In this document: positions 20,338-30,870 of the stretch, in pieces
Position numbering within the stretch: the stretch's first letter is position 1
Layout of the letters: every line of letters starts with the position of its first letter
Source of the DNA: Candidatus Binatia bacterium
GTDB taxonomy: Bacteria > Desulfobacterota > Binatia > UBA9968
Direction of reading: 5' to 3'
Length of the DNA: 34,463 nucleotides
Assembly (NCBI GenBank): GCA_035455905.1
Contig: DATIEH010000228.1
Coordinates: 1-34,463, forward strand
Notes under the pieces: model-generated
Databases searched by the model: none
Seen by the model: the letters and a program-made list of their open reading frames with translations, nothing else
What the model was told of the DNA's origin: nothing
Translations under genes and position numbers: made by a program

Positions 20338-22434
20338 ATGGCAAGAACTGTTCCCCTAGAGAAAACCCGCAATATCGGGATCATGGCGCACATCGATGCG
20401 GGTAAAACCACCACCACCGAGCGGATTCTTTATTACACTGGGATCAATTACAAGATCGGCGAAGTGCACGAGGGTACCGCGACCATGGACTGGATGGTGC
20501 AGGAGCAGGAGCGTGGCATCACGATTACTTCTGCCGCTACCACCTGTCACTGGCGCGATCATCGAATCAATATTATTGACACGCCCGGCCACGTGGACTT
20601 TACCATTGAAGTTGAACGCTCGCTGCGAGTTTTGGACGGAGCGGTTGCGGTTTTCTGCTCCGTCGGCGGAGTCGAGCCGCAGACCGAAACTGTGTGGCGG
20701 CAGGCCGACAAGTACCGTGTGCCGCGGCTCGCGTTCGTCAACAAGATGGATCGGCTCGGCGCCGATTTTTTCCATGTCGTGAAGATGATCGAGGACCGGT
20801 TAGGCGCCCGTACTGTGGTCATGCAGTTGCCCATTGGTGCCGAAGACAAGTTTTCGGGCATTGTCGATTTAGTGACCATGAAGGCGGTGGTCTGGGAGGA
20901 TGAAAGTCTCGGCGCTAAATTTCACGAAGAACCAATCCCGTCGGAGCTCAAGGCGCGGGCTGAAGAATATCGGGAGAAACTCGTCGAAGCTGCCGCCGAT
21001 TGCGACGAGACCATTATGGTGAAATATCTCGACGGCAAAGAGGTCACCGAGGCGGAGATCCGATCAGCGATTCGGAACGGCACGTTGTCTCTCAAGGTTG
21101 TGCCGATTCTCTGCGGCTCAGCATTTCGTAACAAAGGCGTTCAGCCGATGTTAGACGCTGTGGTCGATTATCTGCCCTCGCCTCTCGATATTCCTCCGGT
21201 CATGGGGGTGGAGCCCGGAACGACGAAGCCGGCGGAGCGCCCAGCCAAGGACGATGCGCCGTTTTCCGCTCTTGCTTTCAAGATCATGACTGATCCTTTT
21301 GTCGGAACCCTGACCTTCTTTCGTGTCTACTCGGGCACGCTGAATTCAGGATCGAGTGTCTACAATTCGACGAAGAGTAAGCGCGAGCGCATCGGCCGTT
21401 TGTTAAAGATGCACGCCAACAAACGCGAGGAGATCAAGGAAGTTTATGCAGGCGATATCGCCGCAGCTGTGGGTTTAAAGACCGCAACCACCGGCGACAC
21501 GTTGTGCGATGAAAACAAGCCGATTGTCCTTGAATCGATCGATTTCCCGGACCCGGTTATATCGATCGCGATCGAACCCAAAAGCAAAGCGGATCAGGAA
21601 AGGCTCGGACTGTCATTGCAAAAGCTTGCCACGGAAGATCCATCATTCAAGGTTCGCACCGACGAAGAAACCGGGCAGACCATCATCTCTGGCATGGGCG
21701 AACTGCATCTCGAGATTATTGTCGACCGCTTGCTGCGGGAATTTAATGTCGGTGCCAACGTAGGTAAGCCGCAGGTCGCGTACAAAGAAACGGTGCGGAA
21801 AAAAGTTGAGCAGCAAGGCCGGTTTGTGCGGCAGACCGGCGGCCGGGGCCAGTATGGCGATGTCTGGATCACCCTCGAGCCGCAACAACCGGGCGTTGGG
21901 TTTGAATTCGTCGATGCTGTCAAGGGCGGCTCGATTCCGCGTGAGTACATTCCCGCTGTTGAGAAGGGGATCAAAGAGGCGACGGAGAACGGGGCACTCG
22001 CCGGATATCCTGTGGTCGATGTTAAAGTAACGTTGTTCGATGGCAGCTACCATGACGTGGACTCATCGGAGATTGCATTTAAAATCGCCGGTTCCATGGC
22101 GTTCAAGGAAGCTGCGCGCAAGGCCAATCCGGTATTGCTCGAGCCGATCATGGCGGTGGAAGTGGTTGTGCCGGAGGAGTTTATGGGTGATGTCATCGGT
22201 GATATTAGTTCGCGCCGGGGCAAAGTTTTAGGCATGGATACTCGACCGGCGGCGCAGGCGATCGATGCACGAGTTCCATTAGCGCAAATGTTCGGTTATG
22301 CGACCGACCTGCGCTCGATGACTCAAGGAAGGGCGACTTACACCATGCAGTTTTCCCATTACGAACCGGTTCCGGCGGCGGTGGCTGAAGGCATTATGGC
22401 CAAATTTGATGGCAAGTCGGATGATCACGTATGA
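20338..22434 (+). CDS. fusA: Translation elongation factor EF-G
   Basis: [15 protein letters not shown] (G1), DTPGHVDF (G3), NKMDR (G4). It is 698 aa with all five domains recognisable. Confidence 0.99.
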   Translation: MARTVPLEKTRNIGIMAHIDAGKTTTTERILYYTGINYKIGEVHEGTATMDWMVQEQERGITITSAATTCHWRDHRINIIDTPGHVDFTIEVERSLRVLDGAVAVFCSVGGVEPQTETVWRQADKYRVPRLAFVNKMDRLGADFFHVVKMIEDRLGARTVVMQLPIGAEDKFSGIVDLVTMKAVVWEDESLGAKFHEEPIPSELKARAEEYREKLVEAAADCDETIMVKYLDGKEVTEAEIRSAIRNGTLSLKVVPILCGSAFRNKGVQPMLDAVVDYLPSPLDIPPVMGVEPGTTKPAERPAKDDAPFSALAFKIMTDPFVGTLTFFRVYSGTLNSGSSVYNSTKSKRERIGRLLKMHANKREEIKEVYAGDIAAAVGLKTATTGDTLCDENKPIVLESIDFPDPVISIAIEPKSKADQERLGLSLQKLATEDPSFKVRTDEETGQTIISGMGELHLEIIVDRLLREFNVGANVGKPQVAYKETVRKKVEQQGRFVRQTGGRGQYGDVWITLEPQQPGVGFEFVDAVKGGSIPREYIPAVEKGIKEATENGALAGYPVVDVKVTLFDGSYHDVDSSEIAFKIAGSMAFKEAARKANPVLLEPIMAVEVVVPEEFMGDVIGDISSRRGKVLGMDTRPAAQAIDARVPLAQMFGYATDLRSMTQGRATYTMQFSHYEPVPAAVAEGIMAKFDGKSDDHV

Positions 22435-22739
22435 ATGAAAAGATTAGGATTCGGCTGAAAGCCTACGACCACCGCGTGCTGGATCAATCGGTGGGAGAAA
22501 TAGTGGAGACGGTCAGGCGCACAGGGGGTCGAGTCGCCGGTCCGATCCCGCTACCAACGCGGATCGAGAGATTTACGGTCAATCGCTCGCCCCATGTGGA
22601 TAAGAAATCGCGAGATCAGTACGAAATCCGCACGCACAAGAGATTGCTGGATATACTGGAACCGACGCAACAAACCATAGACGCCCTCGGTAAACTCGAC
22701 ATCGCTGCCGGGGTGGATGTGGAAATCAAGCTTCAATAA
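22431..22739 (+). CDS. rpsJ: 30S ribosomal protein S10
   Basis: [17 protein letters not shown] and [20 protein letters not shown]. The start overlaps the fusA stop (ATGA). Confidence 0.98.
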   Translation: MNEKIRIRLKAYDHRVLDQSVGEIVETVRRTGGRVAGPIPLPTRIERFTVNRSPHVDKKSRDQYEIRTHKRLLDILEPTQQTIDALGKLDIAAGVDVEIKLQ

Positions 22740-22778
22740 TGCGCAAACGAGCCAGCGTGACGTGATTGGAATGGCAAT

Positions 22779-23411
22779 ATGACAGGACTGATTGGTAGAA
22801 AACTCGGTATGACGCAATTTTATAACGCCGAGGGGAATGTGGTTCCGGCCACGGTTGTTGAAACCGGTCCTTGCATCGTGGTGCAAAAAAAGGTGGCGAC
22901 GACCGATGGCTACAATGCGCTGCAGGTCGGTTTCGGATCAAAAAAAAACCAGCGGGTCAACAAAGCCGCGCAAGGCCATATGGCCAAAGCAGGCAAGGGC
23001 GCATTCGAGGTCCTCAGGGAATTTCGCCTCGAGGATGTCGGTCCCTATGAAATCGGTCAAGAAATCAAGGCCGGAGATCTGTTCAAAGTTGGCGACCGGA
23101 TCGACGTTTCAGGAATTTCCAAGGGCCACGGATTCTCAGGCGTGATCAAGCGTTGGTCGTTCGGGGGCTTTCCCGGTTCTCACGGCACACACGAATATTT
23201 TCGCCACGGCGGCTCCATCGGGAATCGCTCTTATCCCGGTCGTGTTCGCAAGGGGAAAAAAATGGCTGGCCATTGGGGAAATGAAATCGTATCGACGCAA
23301 AATCTTGAAGTCGTCGAGATTCGAGCGGAGGAAAATTTGCTGCTCGTACGCGGCGCCGTGCCGGGGGCGAAGAGCGGGATTGTCATTTTGCGCCCCGCAG
23401 TAAAAAGGTAA
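22779..23411 (+). CDS. rplC: 50S ribosomal protein L3
   Basis: MTGLIGRKLGMTQ at the N-terminus, with FKVGDRIDVSGISKGHGFSGVIKRW. Confidence 0.98.
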   Translation: MTGLIGRKLGMTQFYNAEGNVVPATVVETGPCIVVQKKVATTDGYNALQVGFGSKKNQRVNKAAQGHMAKAGKGAFEVLREFRLEDVGPYEIGQEIKAGDLFKVGDRIDVSGISKGHGFSGVIKRWSFGGFPGSHGTHEYFRHGGSIGNRSYPGRVRKGKKMAGHWGNEIVSTQNLEVVEIRAEENLLLVRGAVPGAKSGIVILRPAVKR

Positions 23412-23417
23412 ACAAAA

Positions 23418-24014
23418 ATGGAAGTTCACGTGATTGAGCCGACCCTGAACGAAGCGATTTTTGGCGCGAAGCCGCGTACCCATCTCTTGCACCAGGCCGT
23501 GGTCATGCAGCTCGCCAATCGACGGACGGGCAGCGCGGCGACAAAATCAAAGGGTTTTGTGAGCGGCGGCGGTAAAAAACCCTGGCGGCAGAAGGGCACG
23601 GGACGCGCGCGCGCAGGCAGTATCCGGTCGCCGATCTGGGTTGGGGGTGGCACTGTATTCGGGCCCCAGCCCCGTGACTACTCTTATCGTATGCCGCGAA
23701 CAGCGCGACGGGAGGCGTTGCTTTCGGCATTGAGCCTCAAGAAGCGCGAAAGCAAACTTATCGTCGTCGACAAATTGGAGCTTGAACAAGCGAAGACGAA
23801 ACTCATGGTTCAGGCTCTGGCCGAGCTTAAGGTCGCGAGCGCGTTGCTGGTCATCCCGCAAGCCGACGCGAAAATAGAGCGCTCAGCGCGCAATCTGCCG
23901 AACGTTAAAGTATTGCGTGTGGACGGTTTGAACGTTTACGATTTGCTGCGCTACGAGCACCTGATCCTCACCGAACAGGCTCTAAAAATTTTACAGGAGA
24001 AGCTCGCGGCATGA
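23418..24014 (+). CDS. rplD: 50S ribosomal protein L4
   Basis: GGGKKPWRQKGTGRARAGSIRSPIWVGGGTVFGP is the L4 extended-loop motif. Confidence 0.98.
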   Translation: MEVHVIEPTLNEAIFGAKPRTHLLHQAVVMQLANRRTGSAATKSKGFVSGGGKKPWRQKGTGRARAGSIRSPIWVGGGTVFGPQPRDYSYRMPRTARREALLSALSLKKRESKLIVVDKLELEQAKTKLMVQALAELKVASALLVIPQADAKIERSARNLPNVKVLRVDGLNVYDLLRYEHLILTEQALKILQEKLAA

Positions 24015-24301
24015 AGAGTCCGCAAGATGTGATTCGAGCGCCCCTGCTCTCGGAAAAAGGCACCCAGCTGACCGAGAGCGCGAATCAGGTGCTGTTCAAA
24101 GTCAGTCCAGGCGCCAATAAGATCGAAGTGAAGCGGGCCGTCGAGAGCTTGTTTAAAGTGACGGTGGTGCAGGTCCGGATGGCGCGTTATCTCGGCAAGA
24201 TGCGCCGCATTGGCCGAAATATGGGGCGGCGCAGCGACTGGAAAAAGGCTTACGTGACGCTCAAAGAGGGCGACAAGATCGACTTTTTTGGCGGCGCATA
24301 G
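24011..24301 (+). CDS. rplW: 50S ribosomal protein L23
   Basis: 96 aa with IRAPLLSEKGT and FKVSPGANKIEVKRAVE. There is a 4-nt ATGA overlap with rplD. Confidence 0.97.
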   Translation: MKSPQDVIRAPLLSEKGTQLTESANQVLFKVSPGANKIEVKRAVESLFKVTVVQVRMARYLGKMRRIGRNMGRRSDWKKAYVTLKEGDKIDFFGGA

Positions 24302-24322
24302 AGACTGGCTCAGAGAATCAAG

Positions 24323-25150
24323 ATGGCGATTAAAACTTATCAACCGACCTCTGCGGGGATGCGCTTTCGGACCGGACTGAGCTTCGATGAGATCAGCAAG
24401 ACCGGAGCGGAAAAAGGTTTGCGTGAGCGGCTCAATCGTAGCGGCGGACGCAATAATACCGGCCGAGTGACGGCGGACCATCGTGGCGGCGGTCACAAGC
24501 GGCTTTATCGATTGATCGATTTCCGGCGGAACAAGCTCAATATCCCGGCCAAGGTGGAGGCGATCGAGTATGACCCGAATCGATCCGCACGGATTGCGCT
24601 TCTCTGTTACGCCGATGGAGAGCGCCGCTACATTCTCGCGCCCGACCGGCTGCGCGTAGGTGCTTCGGTGATTGCAGGCGACGATAATATCGACATTCAG
24701 CCGGGCAATTCCCTACCTCTCAAATTCATTCCGGTCGGCACCGTGATTCACAATATCGAGCTCAAGATCGGCAAAGGGGGACAATTGGTCCGGAGCGCCG
24801 GATTAGGCGCACAACTGATGGCTAAAGAAGGTGCATATGCGCTGGTTAAACTACCGTCCGGCGAACTGCGCTACGTCTTGGCGGATTGTCGCGCCACCAT
24901 CGGCCAGGTCGGCAATGCCGATCAAGAGAATGTTTCCTGGGGCAAAGCGGGTAGAATTCGCTGGCTGGGCTTTCGGCCGACGACGCGCGGTATTGCCAAA
25001 AATCCGGTCGATCACCCACACGGCGGGGGTGAAGGGCGATCGAAGGGCAATCACCCGATGACGCCCTGGGGCAAGCCCACCAAGGGCTACAAGACGAGAA
25101 AAAACCATCTCTCCGACAAGTACATCGTTCAAAGGAGAAAGGGTAGGTAG
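24323..25150 (+). CDS. rplB: 50S ribosomal protein L2
   Basis: 275 aa with [27 protein letters not shown] and [11 protein letters not shown]. Confidence 0.99.
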   Translation: MAIKTYQPTSAGMRFRTGLSFDEISKTGAEKGLRERLNRSGGRNNTGRVTADHRGGGHKRLYRLIDFRRNKLNIPAKVEAIEYDPNRSARIALLCYADGERRYILAPDRLRVGASVIAGDDNIDIQPGNSLPLKFIPVGTVIHNIELKIGKGGQLVRSAGLGAQLMAKEGAYALVKLPSGELRYVLADCRATIGQVGNADQENVSWGKAGRIRWLGFRPTTRGIAKNPVDHPHGGGEGRSKGNHPMTPWGKPTKGYKTRKNHLSDKYIVQRRKGR

Positions 25151-25152
25151 TC

Positions 25153-25503
25153 ATGGCGCGTTCGGTTAAAAAGGGTCCTTTTGTGGACGACCACTTACTG
25201 AAAAAGATTGTTGCGATGGGCGCGTCACGTCAGAAGCAGGTGGTGCGCACCTGGTCGCGCCGCTCGACGATTACTCCGGAGATGGTCGGCTACACGATCG
25301 GCGTTCATAACGGCAGAAAATTTATTCCAGTTTTTGTCAGTGAGAATATGGTCGGTCATAAACTTGGTGAATTTGCGCCAACGCGTACCTTCTACGCGCA
25401 CTCGGGCGACCGCAAAGCGGAGGCAAAAGAGACCACGGGGGCTCCAGTCGCGGCACCCACCGCTGCAGCGCGACCCGCAGCAGCGCCGGTGCCCAAAGCA
25501 TAG
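25153..25503 (+). CDS. rpsS: 30S ribosomal protein S19 with a C-terminal Ala/Pro-rich extension
   Basis: [18 protein letters not shown] and [31 protein letters not shown]. The protein is 116 aa, against about 92 aa for typical S19. Confidence 0.97.
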   Translation: MARSVKKGPFVDDHLLKKIVAMGASRQKQVVRTWSRRSTITPEMVGYTIGVHNGRKFIPVFVSENMVGHKLGEFAPTRTFYAHSGDRKAEAKETTGAPVAAPTAAARPAAAPVPKA

Positions 25504-25544
25504 CGCAGAAGGAGTACGCTTCGGGGGTCGACAAGTAAAGAAAT

Positions 25545-25889
25545 ATGGAAACACGCGCGATGACAAAATTTATCCGAGTCTCGCCCCGGAAGGTGCGCTT
25601 GGTGGTAGATCAAATTCGCGGGAAGGGCGTCGAGGAGGCGCTGAATATTCTCAAGTTCATTCCCAAACGATCCGCCAGTATCGTTGCCAAAACGGTGCGC
25701 ACGGCAGTTGCCAATGCCGAGAATACGCAGAGTGTCGACGTCGATCGTTTATTCATCAAACAGGCAAAAGTCGACGAAGCCGGGATGTGGAAACGCTTCA
25801 CGTCGCGAGCGCAAGGTCGGGCCACGCGGGTGCGCAAGCGGCTAAGCCACGTCACAATCGTCGTCGATGAAGGTCAGGAGAGGAGTTAA
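25545..25889 (+). CDS. rplV: 50S ribosomal protein L22
   Basis: FIRVSPRKVRLVVDQIRGKGVEEALNILKF is the canonical L22 N-terminus. Confidence 0.97.
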   Translation: METRAMTKFIRVSPRKVRLVVDQIRGKGVEEALNILKFIPKRSASIVAKTVRTAVANAENTQSVDVDRLFIKQAKVDEAGMWKRFTSRAQGRATRVRKRLSHVTIVVDEGQERS

Positions 25890-25895
25890 CGCTCG

Positions 25896-26558
25896 ATGGG
25901 TCAGAAAACGCATCCGAAGCTGTTTCGTCTCGGCGTAATCGAGTCCTGGGACTCGAAGTGGTTTGCACGGCATGACTATCCGAAACTACTCCATGAAGAT
26001 TTTCGGGTGACGAAATTTCTCAAGAGCCGGCTCTATCACGCCGGTATCTCGCGCATCGAAATCGAGCGGGCGGCGAACAAAGCTAAGATCAATATCCATA
26101 CAGCACGACCCGGCATCGTCATCGGCAAGAAAGGCGCCGAGATCGAAAAGCTCAAGGAGGAGATCACCAAGCTTATTCAGCGGGAGAGTTACATCAACAT
26201 TCACGAAGTGCGCCGTCCGGACCTGGATGCGCAATTGGCCGCGGAGAACGTCGCGCTCCAGTTGGAACGGCGCGTCGCGTTTCGGCGGGCGATGAAGGAA
26301 AGCGTCTCTCGCGCAATGCGCATGGGAGCACAAGGCGTGAAAATTCAGTGCGCCGGGCGGTTGGGAGGATCGGAGATTGCCCGCACGGAATGGTATCGCG
26401 AAGGGCGAGTGCCGCTGCACACGCTCCGCGCCGACATCAGTTACGGCTTTGCCGAGGCGCGCACAACCTACGGCGTGATCGGCGTTAAAGTCTGGATTTT
26501 CCGGGGCGAAGTTTTGACCGCAGAAGAAGAGCAGCAGAAAGCGATGTTGGGTGGATAG
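25896..26558 (+). CDS. rpsC: 30S ribosomal protein S3
   Basis: [14 protein letters not shown], a KH domain ([16 protein letters not shown]), and the C-terminal domain [28 protein letters not shown]. Confidence 0.99.
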   Translation: MGQKTHPKLFRLGVIESWDSKWFARHDYPKLLHEDFRVTKFLKSRLYHAGISRIEIERAANKAKINIHTARPGIVIGKKGAEIEKLKEEITKLIQRESYINIHEVRRPDLDAQLAAENVALQLERRVAFRRAMKESVSRAMRMGAQGVKIQCAGRLGGSEIARTEWYREGRVPLHTLRADISYGFAEARTTYGVIGVKVWIFRGEVLTAEEEQQKAMLGG

Positions 26559-26612
26559 GAGTTAGTCGGATCGGTCCGATTGCTTTGATCCGTGTGATGT
26601 CGAAAGACTACG

Positions 26613-27038
26613 ATGCTTGAACCGAAAAAAGTCAAATACAGAAAACTGCAAAAGGGCCGCCGCCGCGGCACGGCCCATCGAGGATCGACGCTCGCCTTCG
26701 GCGATTTTGGCCTGAAGGCGATTGGCCGCGGTTGGATGAGCGCCCGGGAAATCGAGGCGGCGCGCGTCGCGCTCACGCGTTACTTGAAACGCGGCGGCAA
26801 GGTCTGGATTCGTATATTTCCTGACAAGCCGCTGACGAAAAAACCTCTGGAAACCCGCATGGGAAAGGGGAAAGGCGCACCCGAAATGTGGGTGGCAGTG
26901 GTGCAGCCGGGACGGATCCTCTTCGAGATGGAAGGCGTCGAAGGACCGCTCGCCAGAGAGGCGTTTCGTCTAGCGGCGCATAAGCTCTCGATCCCGACGA
27001 TCACGGTAGAACGACTAGGAGCAGTTCATGGAAGCTAA
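26613..27038 (+). CDS. rplP: 50S ribosomal protein L16
   Basis: [19 protein letters not shown] and [14 protein letters not shown]. Confidence 0.98.
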   Translation: MLEPKKVKYRKLQKGRRRGTAHRGSTLAFGDFGLKAIGRGWMSAREIEAARVALTRYLKRGGKVWIRIFPDKPLTKKPLETRMGKGKGAPEMWVAVVQPGRILFEMEGVEGPLAREAFRLAAHKLSIPTITVERLGAVHGS

Positions 27039-27228
27039 GGAGTTGCGCGAGATGAGCGCAGAGGATCTCGTGCAAAAAAGAGCCAACTTGCGCGAGGAGA
27101 TCACTCACCTGAAGCTGAAGCGAGCCACAAGCCGTTTGGAGAACCCGATGAAGCTCAAAGAAACCAAGCGAGATTTAGCTCGTCTTGAAACAATCTTGCG
27201 CGAGAAGGCGCCCAGGCCTGCGAGGTAA
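27028..27228 (+). CDS. rpmC: 50S ribosomal protein L29
   Basis: 66 aa with [28 protein letters not shown]. It overlaps the rplP 3' end by 11 nt. Confidence 0.95.
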   Translation: MEAKELREMSAEDLVQKRANLREEITHLKLKRATSRLENPMKLKETKRDLARLETILREKAPRPAR

Positions 27229-27231
27229 AAG

Positions 27232-27522
27232 ATGGACAATCGAGGCCTGAGAAAAGAACGCACCGGAGTCATCGTCAGTGACCGGATGCAAAAAACCGTG
27301 GTGGTCACCGTAGAACGGACGGTTACCCATCCGAAGTACAGGAAGATCCTGCGCCGGCGTGCCAACGTCAAGGCGCACGACGAAACGAACCAGTGCCGCA
27401 TCGGCGATCGCGTGCTGATCGTAGAATGCCGGCCGTTCAGCCGAGATAAACGGTGGCGCGTCAGCAAGGTACTTGAACGAGCGAAGACGGTGGAAGAGGC
27501 GCCCCAAGCGGCTGGCGCTTAG
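27232..27522 (+). CDS. rpsQ: 30S ribosomal protein S17
   Basis: [31 protein letters not shown] and [20 protein letters not shown]. Confidence 0.97.
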   Translation: MDNRGLRKERTGVIVSDRMQKTVVVTVERTVTHPKYRKILRRRANVKAHDETNQCRIGDRVLIVECRPFSRDKRWRVSKVLERAKTVEEAPQAAGA

Positions 27523-27543
27523 TTGTGGGGCTGAGGTCGATTC

Positions 27544-27912
27544 ATGATTCAGATGAGAACAACTCTCGATGTTGCCGATAACTCCGGCGCACGTCGCGTG
27601 CAATGCATCAAGGTGCTTGGCGGGAGCAAACGCAAATACGCCTCCATCGGCGACATTATCGTGGTTTCTGTGAAAGAAGCGATTCCCAATGGCAAGGTCA
27701 AAAAGGGCGACGTCATGAAGGCTGTGGTAGTGCGCACCGCCAAAGAACTAGGGCGGCCGGATGGCACCTATATTCGCTTCGATAATAACTCCGCCGTGCT
27801 GATCGATAATCAAAAGGAACCGATCGGCACACGTATTTTCGGCCCGGTGGCGCGCGAGCTCAGAGCCAAGAAATTCATGAAAATAATTTCTCTCGCGCCG
27901 GAAGTACTATAG
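27544..27912 (+). CDS. rplN: 50S ribosomal protein L14
   Basis: [46 protein letters not shown]; 122 aa. Confidence 0.99.
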   Translation: MIQMRTTLDVADNSGARRVQCIKVLGGSKRKYASIGDIIVVSVKEAIPNGKVKKGDVMKAVVVRTAKELGRPDGTYIRFDNNSAVLIDNQKEPIGTRIFGPVARELRAKKFMKIISLAPEVL

Positions 27913-27934
27913 TTGAGGATCATGAGAGGACTTT

Positions 27935-28246
27935 GTGCAGATTCGTAAGAACGACAGCGTCATTGTAATTGGCGGCAAAGAAAGGGGAAAAACCGGCAAA
28001 GTCCTGCGCGTGATGCCGGATAAAGACGCAGTTGTCATCGAGCGGCTCAACATGGTGAAGCGGCACACCAAACCGCGCGGGCCACAACAACCTGGCGGGA
28101 TTGTCGAAAAAGAGGCTGCGATCCACGCATCGAATATTATGATCCTCTGTGACAAATGTAATGCGCCGGTGCGGGTGGGTCATAAGACTCTCGCCGACGG
28201 AAAAAAGATCCGAATTTGCCGCCGCTGCAATGAAGCTTTAGATTGA
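27935..28246 (+). CDS. rplX: 50S ribosomal protein L24 (GTG start) with C-terminal CxxC...CxxC
   Basis: KOW motif [21 protein letters not shown], with GAGAGGA SD upstream. Cys72/75/95/98 form a putative zinc-ribbon knuckle pair. Confidence 0.96.
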   Translation: MQIRKNDSVIVIGGKERGKTGKVLRVMPDKDAVVIERLNMVKRHTKPRGPQQPGGIVEKEAAIHASNIMILCDKCNAPVRVGHKTLADGKKIRICRRCNEALD

Positions 28247-28256
28247 CGGTGCACTC

Positions 28257-28796
28257 ATGGCGCGACTGAAGACGAAATACTTAAATGATGTTGTTCCGGC
28301 GATGATGAAAGAGTTCAATTACAAGAACTCCATGCAGGTGCCGCGTCTGGAAAAAATTACCCTGAATGTCGGGGTCGGCGAGGCGACGCAGAACGCCAAA
28401 GCCATAGATTCGACGGTTGCCGAGATCACTGCAATCGCAGGCCAAAAACCGGTAGTGACGCGAGCCAAGAAAGCCATCGCCAATTTCAAGCTCCGCGAAG
28501 GCGTGCCCATCGGGTGCATGGTGACGCTTCGCCGCGAGCGTATGTATGAGTTCCTGGATCGCTTGATTCACGTGGCGCTGCCGCGTGTGCGCGACTTCAA
28601 AGGAGTGTCGGACCGGTCCTTCGACGGTCGCGGCAATTATTCCCTGGGCTTACGGGAGCAAATTATTTTCCCGGAAATTCACGCCGACAAGGTCGAAAAA
28701 ACCCGCGGCATGACGGTCACGATCGCGACTACAGCAAAGACAGATCAGGAAGGACGAACCCTGCTTAAATTAATGGGAATGCCGTTCGCGAGTTAG
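28257..28796 (+). CDS. rplE: 50S ribosomal protein L5
   Basis: [19 protein letters not shown] and [17 protein letters not shown]. Confidence 0.98.
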   Translation: MARLKTKYLNDVVPAMMKEFNYKNSMQVPRLEKITLNVGVGEATQNAKAIDSTVAEITAIAGQKPVVTRAKKAIANFKLREGVPIGCMVTLRRERMYEFLDRLIHVALPRVRDFKGVSDRSFDGRGNYSLGLREQIIFPEIHADKVEKTRGMTVTIATTAKTDQEGRTLLKLMGMPFAS

Positions 28797-28812
28797 AGAG
28801 GGAGAGAATCCA

Positions 28813-28998
28813 TTGGCCAAGACATGTCTTCGGATCAAGGCCGAGAGGCCGAACAAGTTCAAAGTGCGGGAGTATAACCGCTGCCCGCTGTGTGGCCGGT
28901 CGCGGGCTTTTTACCGGCGCTTTCGCATGTGCCGGCTTTGCTTGCGCGATCACGCTCGCAAGGGCCATATCCCAGGCCTGATCAAGGCCAGCTGGTAA
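28813..28998 (+). CDS. rpsN: 30S ribosomal protein S14, short type-Z zinc-binding form, TTG start
   Basis: 61 aa with CPLCGRSRAFYRRFRMCRLCLR (CxxC-x12-CxxC) and a KASW end. GGAG lies 8 nt upstream of the TTG. Confidence 0.93.
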   Translation: MAKTCLRIKAERPNKFKVREYNRCPLCGRSRAFYRRFRMCRLCLRDHARKGHIPGLIKASW

Positions 28999-29012
28999 TT
29001 GGAGCTACAAAG

Positions 29013-29417
29013 ATGGGAATGACCGATCCAATCGCAGATATGCTGACGCGCATTCGAAATGCATCACGGGCGCGCCATCAAAGGGTTTCGGTGCCGTGGT
29101 CACGATTGAAGGAGAGCATCATCAAGATCCTGATCGAAGAAGGGTACTTGAAGGATCAAAAAAAGGTCAAAGCCGCGGTGGGTGGTGGTGACGAGATCGT
29201 GATTCAGCTCAAATTCGATCGGGAGAATCGCCCGATCATCGCGGGATTGAAAAGAGTCAGTACGCCTGGGCGCCGAGTTTATGTCGGCTCCAAGGCGATG
29301 GCTCCTGTGCGCAAAGGCCTGGGAGTGCATGTGCTCTCGACGCCGAAAGGGATTCTGGTGGATCGTGAGGCTCAGAAGGCTAAGGTCGGTGGCGAACTGA
29401 TTTGCTCTGTATGGTAA
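29013..29417 (+). CDS. rpsH: 30S ribosomal protein S8
   Basis: MGMTDPIADMLTRIRNA is the conserved S8 N-terminus, and GGAG lies 8 nt upstream. The track's longer ORF (start 28890) would overlap all of the rpsN 3' half, so I rejected it. Confidence 0.96.
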   Translation: MGMTDPIADMLTRIRNASRARHQRVSVPWSRLKESIIKILIEEGYLKDQKKVKAAVGGGDEIVIQLKFDRENRPIIAGLKRVSTPGRRVYVGSKAMAPVRKGLGVHVLSTPKGILVDREAQKAKVGGELICSVW

Positions 29418-29436
29418 GTCTGAATCGAGGTGTCCA

Positions 29437-29988
29437 GTGTCGCGCATTGGCAAATTGCCGGTAACAATTCCGAGCGGTGTTAAGGTTGCGGTGGATTCGA
29501 ACGCCGTTCGCTTGGAGGGGCCGAAAGGTAAGCTGCAAACCACCTTGCCGCCGGGCGTGGATGTTAAAGTCGAGGGCAACGTGGTGCGCATCGGGCGGCG
29601 AAACGACGAGCGGAAATCGAGAGCGGTACACGGCCTCACGCGAAAGCTGATAGCGAACATGGCGCACGGGGTGAGCCAAGGCTTCAGTCGTGTGCTCGAT
29701 ATCAATGGCGTGGGTTACCGAGCCGAAGTTAAAGGTCAGGAAATCCACATGACCCTGGGCTATTCTCATCCGGTGGTGTTTCCATTACCCGCAGGCGTGA
29801 GCGCGTCGGTAGAACGACAGATTATCATTACACTCACGAGCGCCGATCGTCAGTTGCTGGGAGAGACGGCGGCGAAAATTCGCAGCCTCAGGCCGCCGGA
29901 GCCCTACAAGGGTAAGGGCATCAAGTATCGCGAGGAAGTGATCAAACGCAAAGCAGGTAAAGCCGTCGGCTCGGCAGGCGGAAAGTAG
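29437..29988 (+). CDS. rplF: 50S ribosomal protein L6 (GTG start)
   Basis: [16 protein letters not shown] and [23 protein letters not shown]. Confidence 0.97.
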   Translation: MSRIGKLPVTIPSGVKVAVDSNAVRLEGPKGKLQTTLPPGVDVKVEGNVVRIGRRNDERKSRAVHGLTRKLIANMAHGVSQGFSRVLDINGVGYRAEVKGQEIHMTLGYSHPVVFPLPAGVSASVERQIIITLTSADRQLLGETAAKIRSLRPPEPYKGKGIKYREEVIKRKAGKAVGSAGGK

Positions 29989-29990
29989 TC

Positions 29991-30344
29991 ATGGGGAACA
30001 AGCGGGGCAATATCGCGCGGCTGCGCCGAAAAATGCGAGTCCGCCAAAAAGTCCAGGGCACGGAGGGGCGCCCACGCGTGTGTGTGTTTCGTAGCAATAA
30101 ACACATTTACGCTCAGGTGATCTCCGATAGCGAGGGCAAGACTCTGGCTTCAGCCTCGAGCCTTGCGGCGACGGACACGGCGCGCAAGGGCGTTGAAGCC
30201 GCCAAACAGGTAGGGCTCGCGTTGGCCAAGATCTGCAAGGAAAAAAATATTAACAGAGTGGTTTTCGATCGCAATGGATTTTTATTCCATGGCCAGGTCA
30301 AGGCTTTGGCCGACGGTGCCCGAGAGGGCGGCTTGGAATTCTGA
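29991..30344 (+). CDS. rplR: 50S ribosomal protein L18
   Basis: [20 protein letters not shown] and [28 protein letters not shown]. Confidence 0.97.
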   Translation: MGNKRGNIARLRRKMRVRQKVQGTEGRPRVCVFRSNKHIYAQVISDSEGKTLASASSLAATDTARKGVEAAKQVGLALAKICKEKNINRVVFDRNGFLFHGQVKALADGAREGGLEF

Positions 30345-30370
30345 AACAGCCTGAATAACGAGAGGTACCT

Positions 30371-30868
30371 TTGGAACGGATCGATCCGCAGGGTTTGGAA
30401 CTCAAAGAAAAAGTAGTTCACATCAGCCGGGTGGCGAAGGTGGTCAAAGGTGGACGGCGCTTCAGTTTTAGCGCTCTTGTCGTCGTCGGTGACAGCCGCT
30501 CGGTTGTGGGTTACGGCTTGGGTAAAGCCAACGAAGTGCCGGAGGCAATTCGTAAGGGTCTGGAGCAAGCCAAAAAGAACTTAATCCGGGTGCCGGTCAT
30601 GGACGGCACGATACCGTTTGAAGTCACGGGTCGTTACGGCGCAGGGTACGTCATTCTCAAGCCGGCCTCAGATGGCACCGGCGTGATTGCAGGAGGCGGC
30701 GTTCGCGCCGTAGTGGAAGCCTCGGGGATTCAGAATGTTTTGACCAAATGCATCGGCTCCAATAATCCGCACAATATGGTTAAGGCGACTATAGAAGCGT
30801 TGCGCGATTTGCGCGCTCCTGAAGAGATTGCCGATCGGCGGGGCAAAATTTTAGCGGAGATCCGGTAG
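30371..30868 (+). CDS. rpsE: 30S ribosomal protein S5 (TTG start)
   Basis: [27 protein letters not shown] and [19 protein letters not shown]. Confidence 0.96.
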   Translation: MERIDPQGLELKEKVVHISRVAKVVKGGRRFSFSALVVVGDSRSVVGYGLGKANEVPEAIRKGLEQAKKNLIRVPVMDGTIPFEVTGRYGAGYVILKPASDGTGVIAGGGVRAVVEASGIQNVLTKCIGSNNPHNMVKATIEALRDLRAPEEIADRRGKILAEIR

Positions 30869-30870
30869 CG

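Noticed and set aside
25208-25870. A 220-aa plus-strand ORF in an alternative frame spanning rpsS and rplV.
   Set aside because: It overlaps two canonical ribosomal protein genes out of frame. The product is Arg-rich nonsense with no SD. It is a frame artefact.
28890-29012. The N-terminal extension of rpsH proposed by the ORF track (start 28890).
   Set aside because: It would overlap most of rpsN out of frame. The conserved S8 N-terminus MGMTDPIADML begins at 29013, with GGAG 8 nt upstream.
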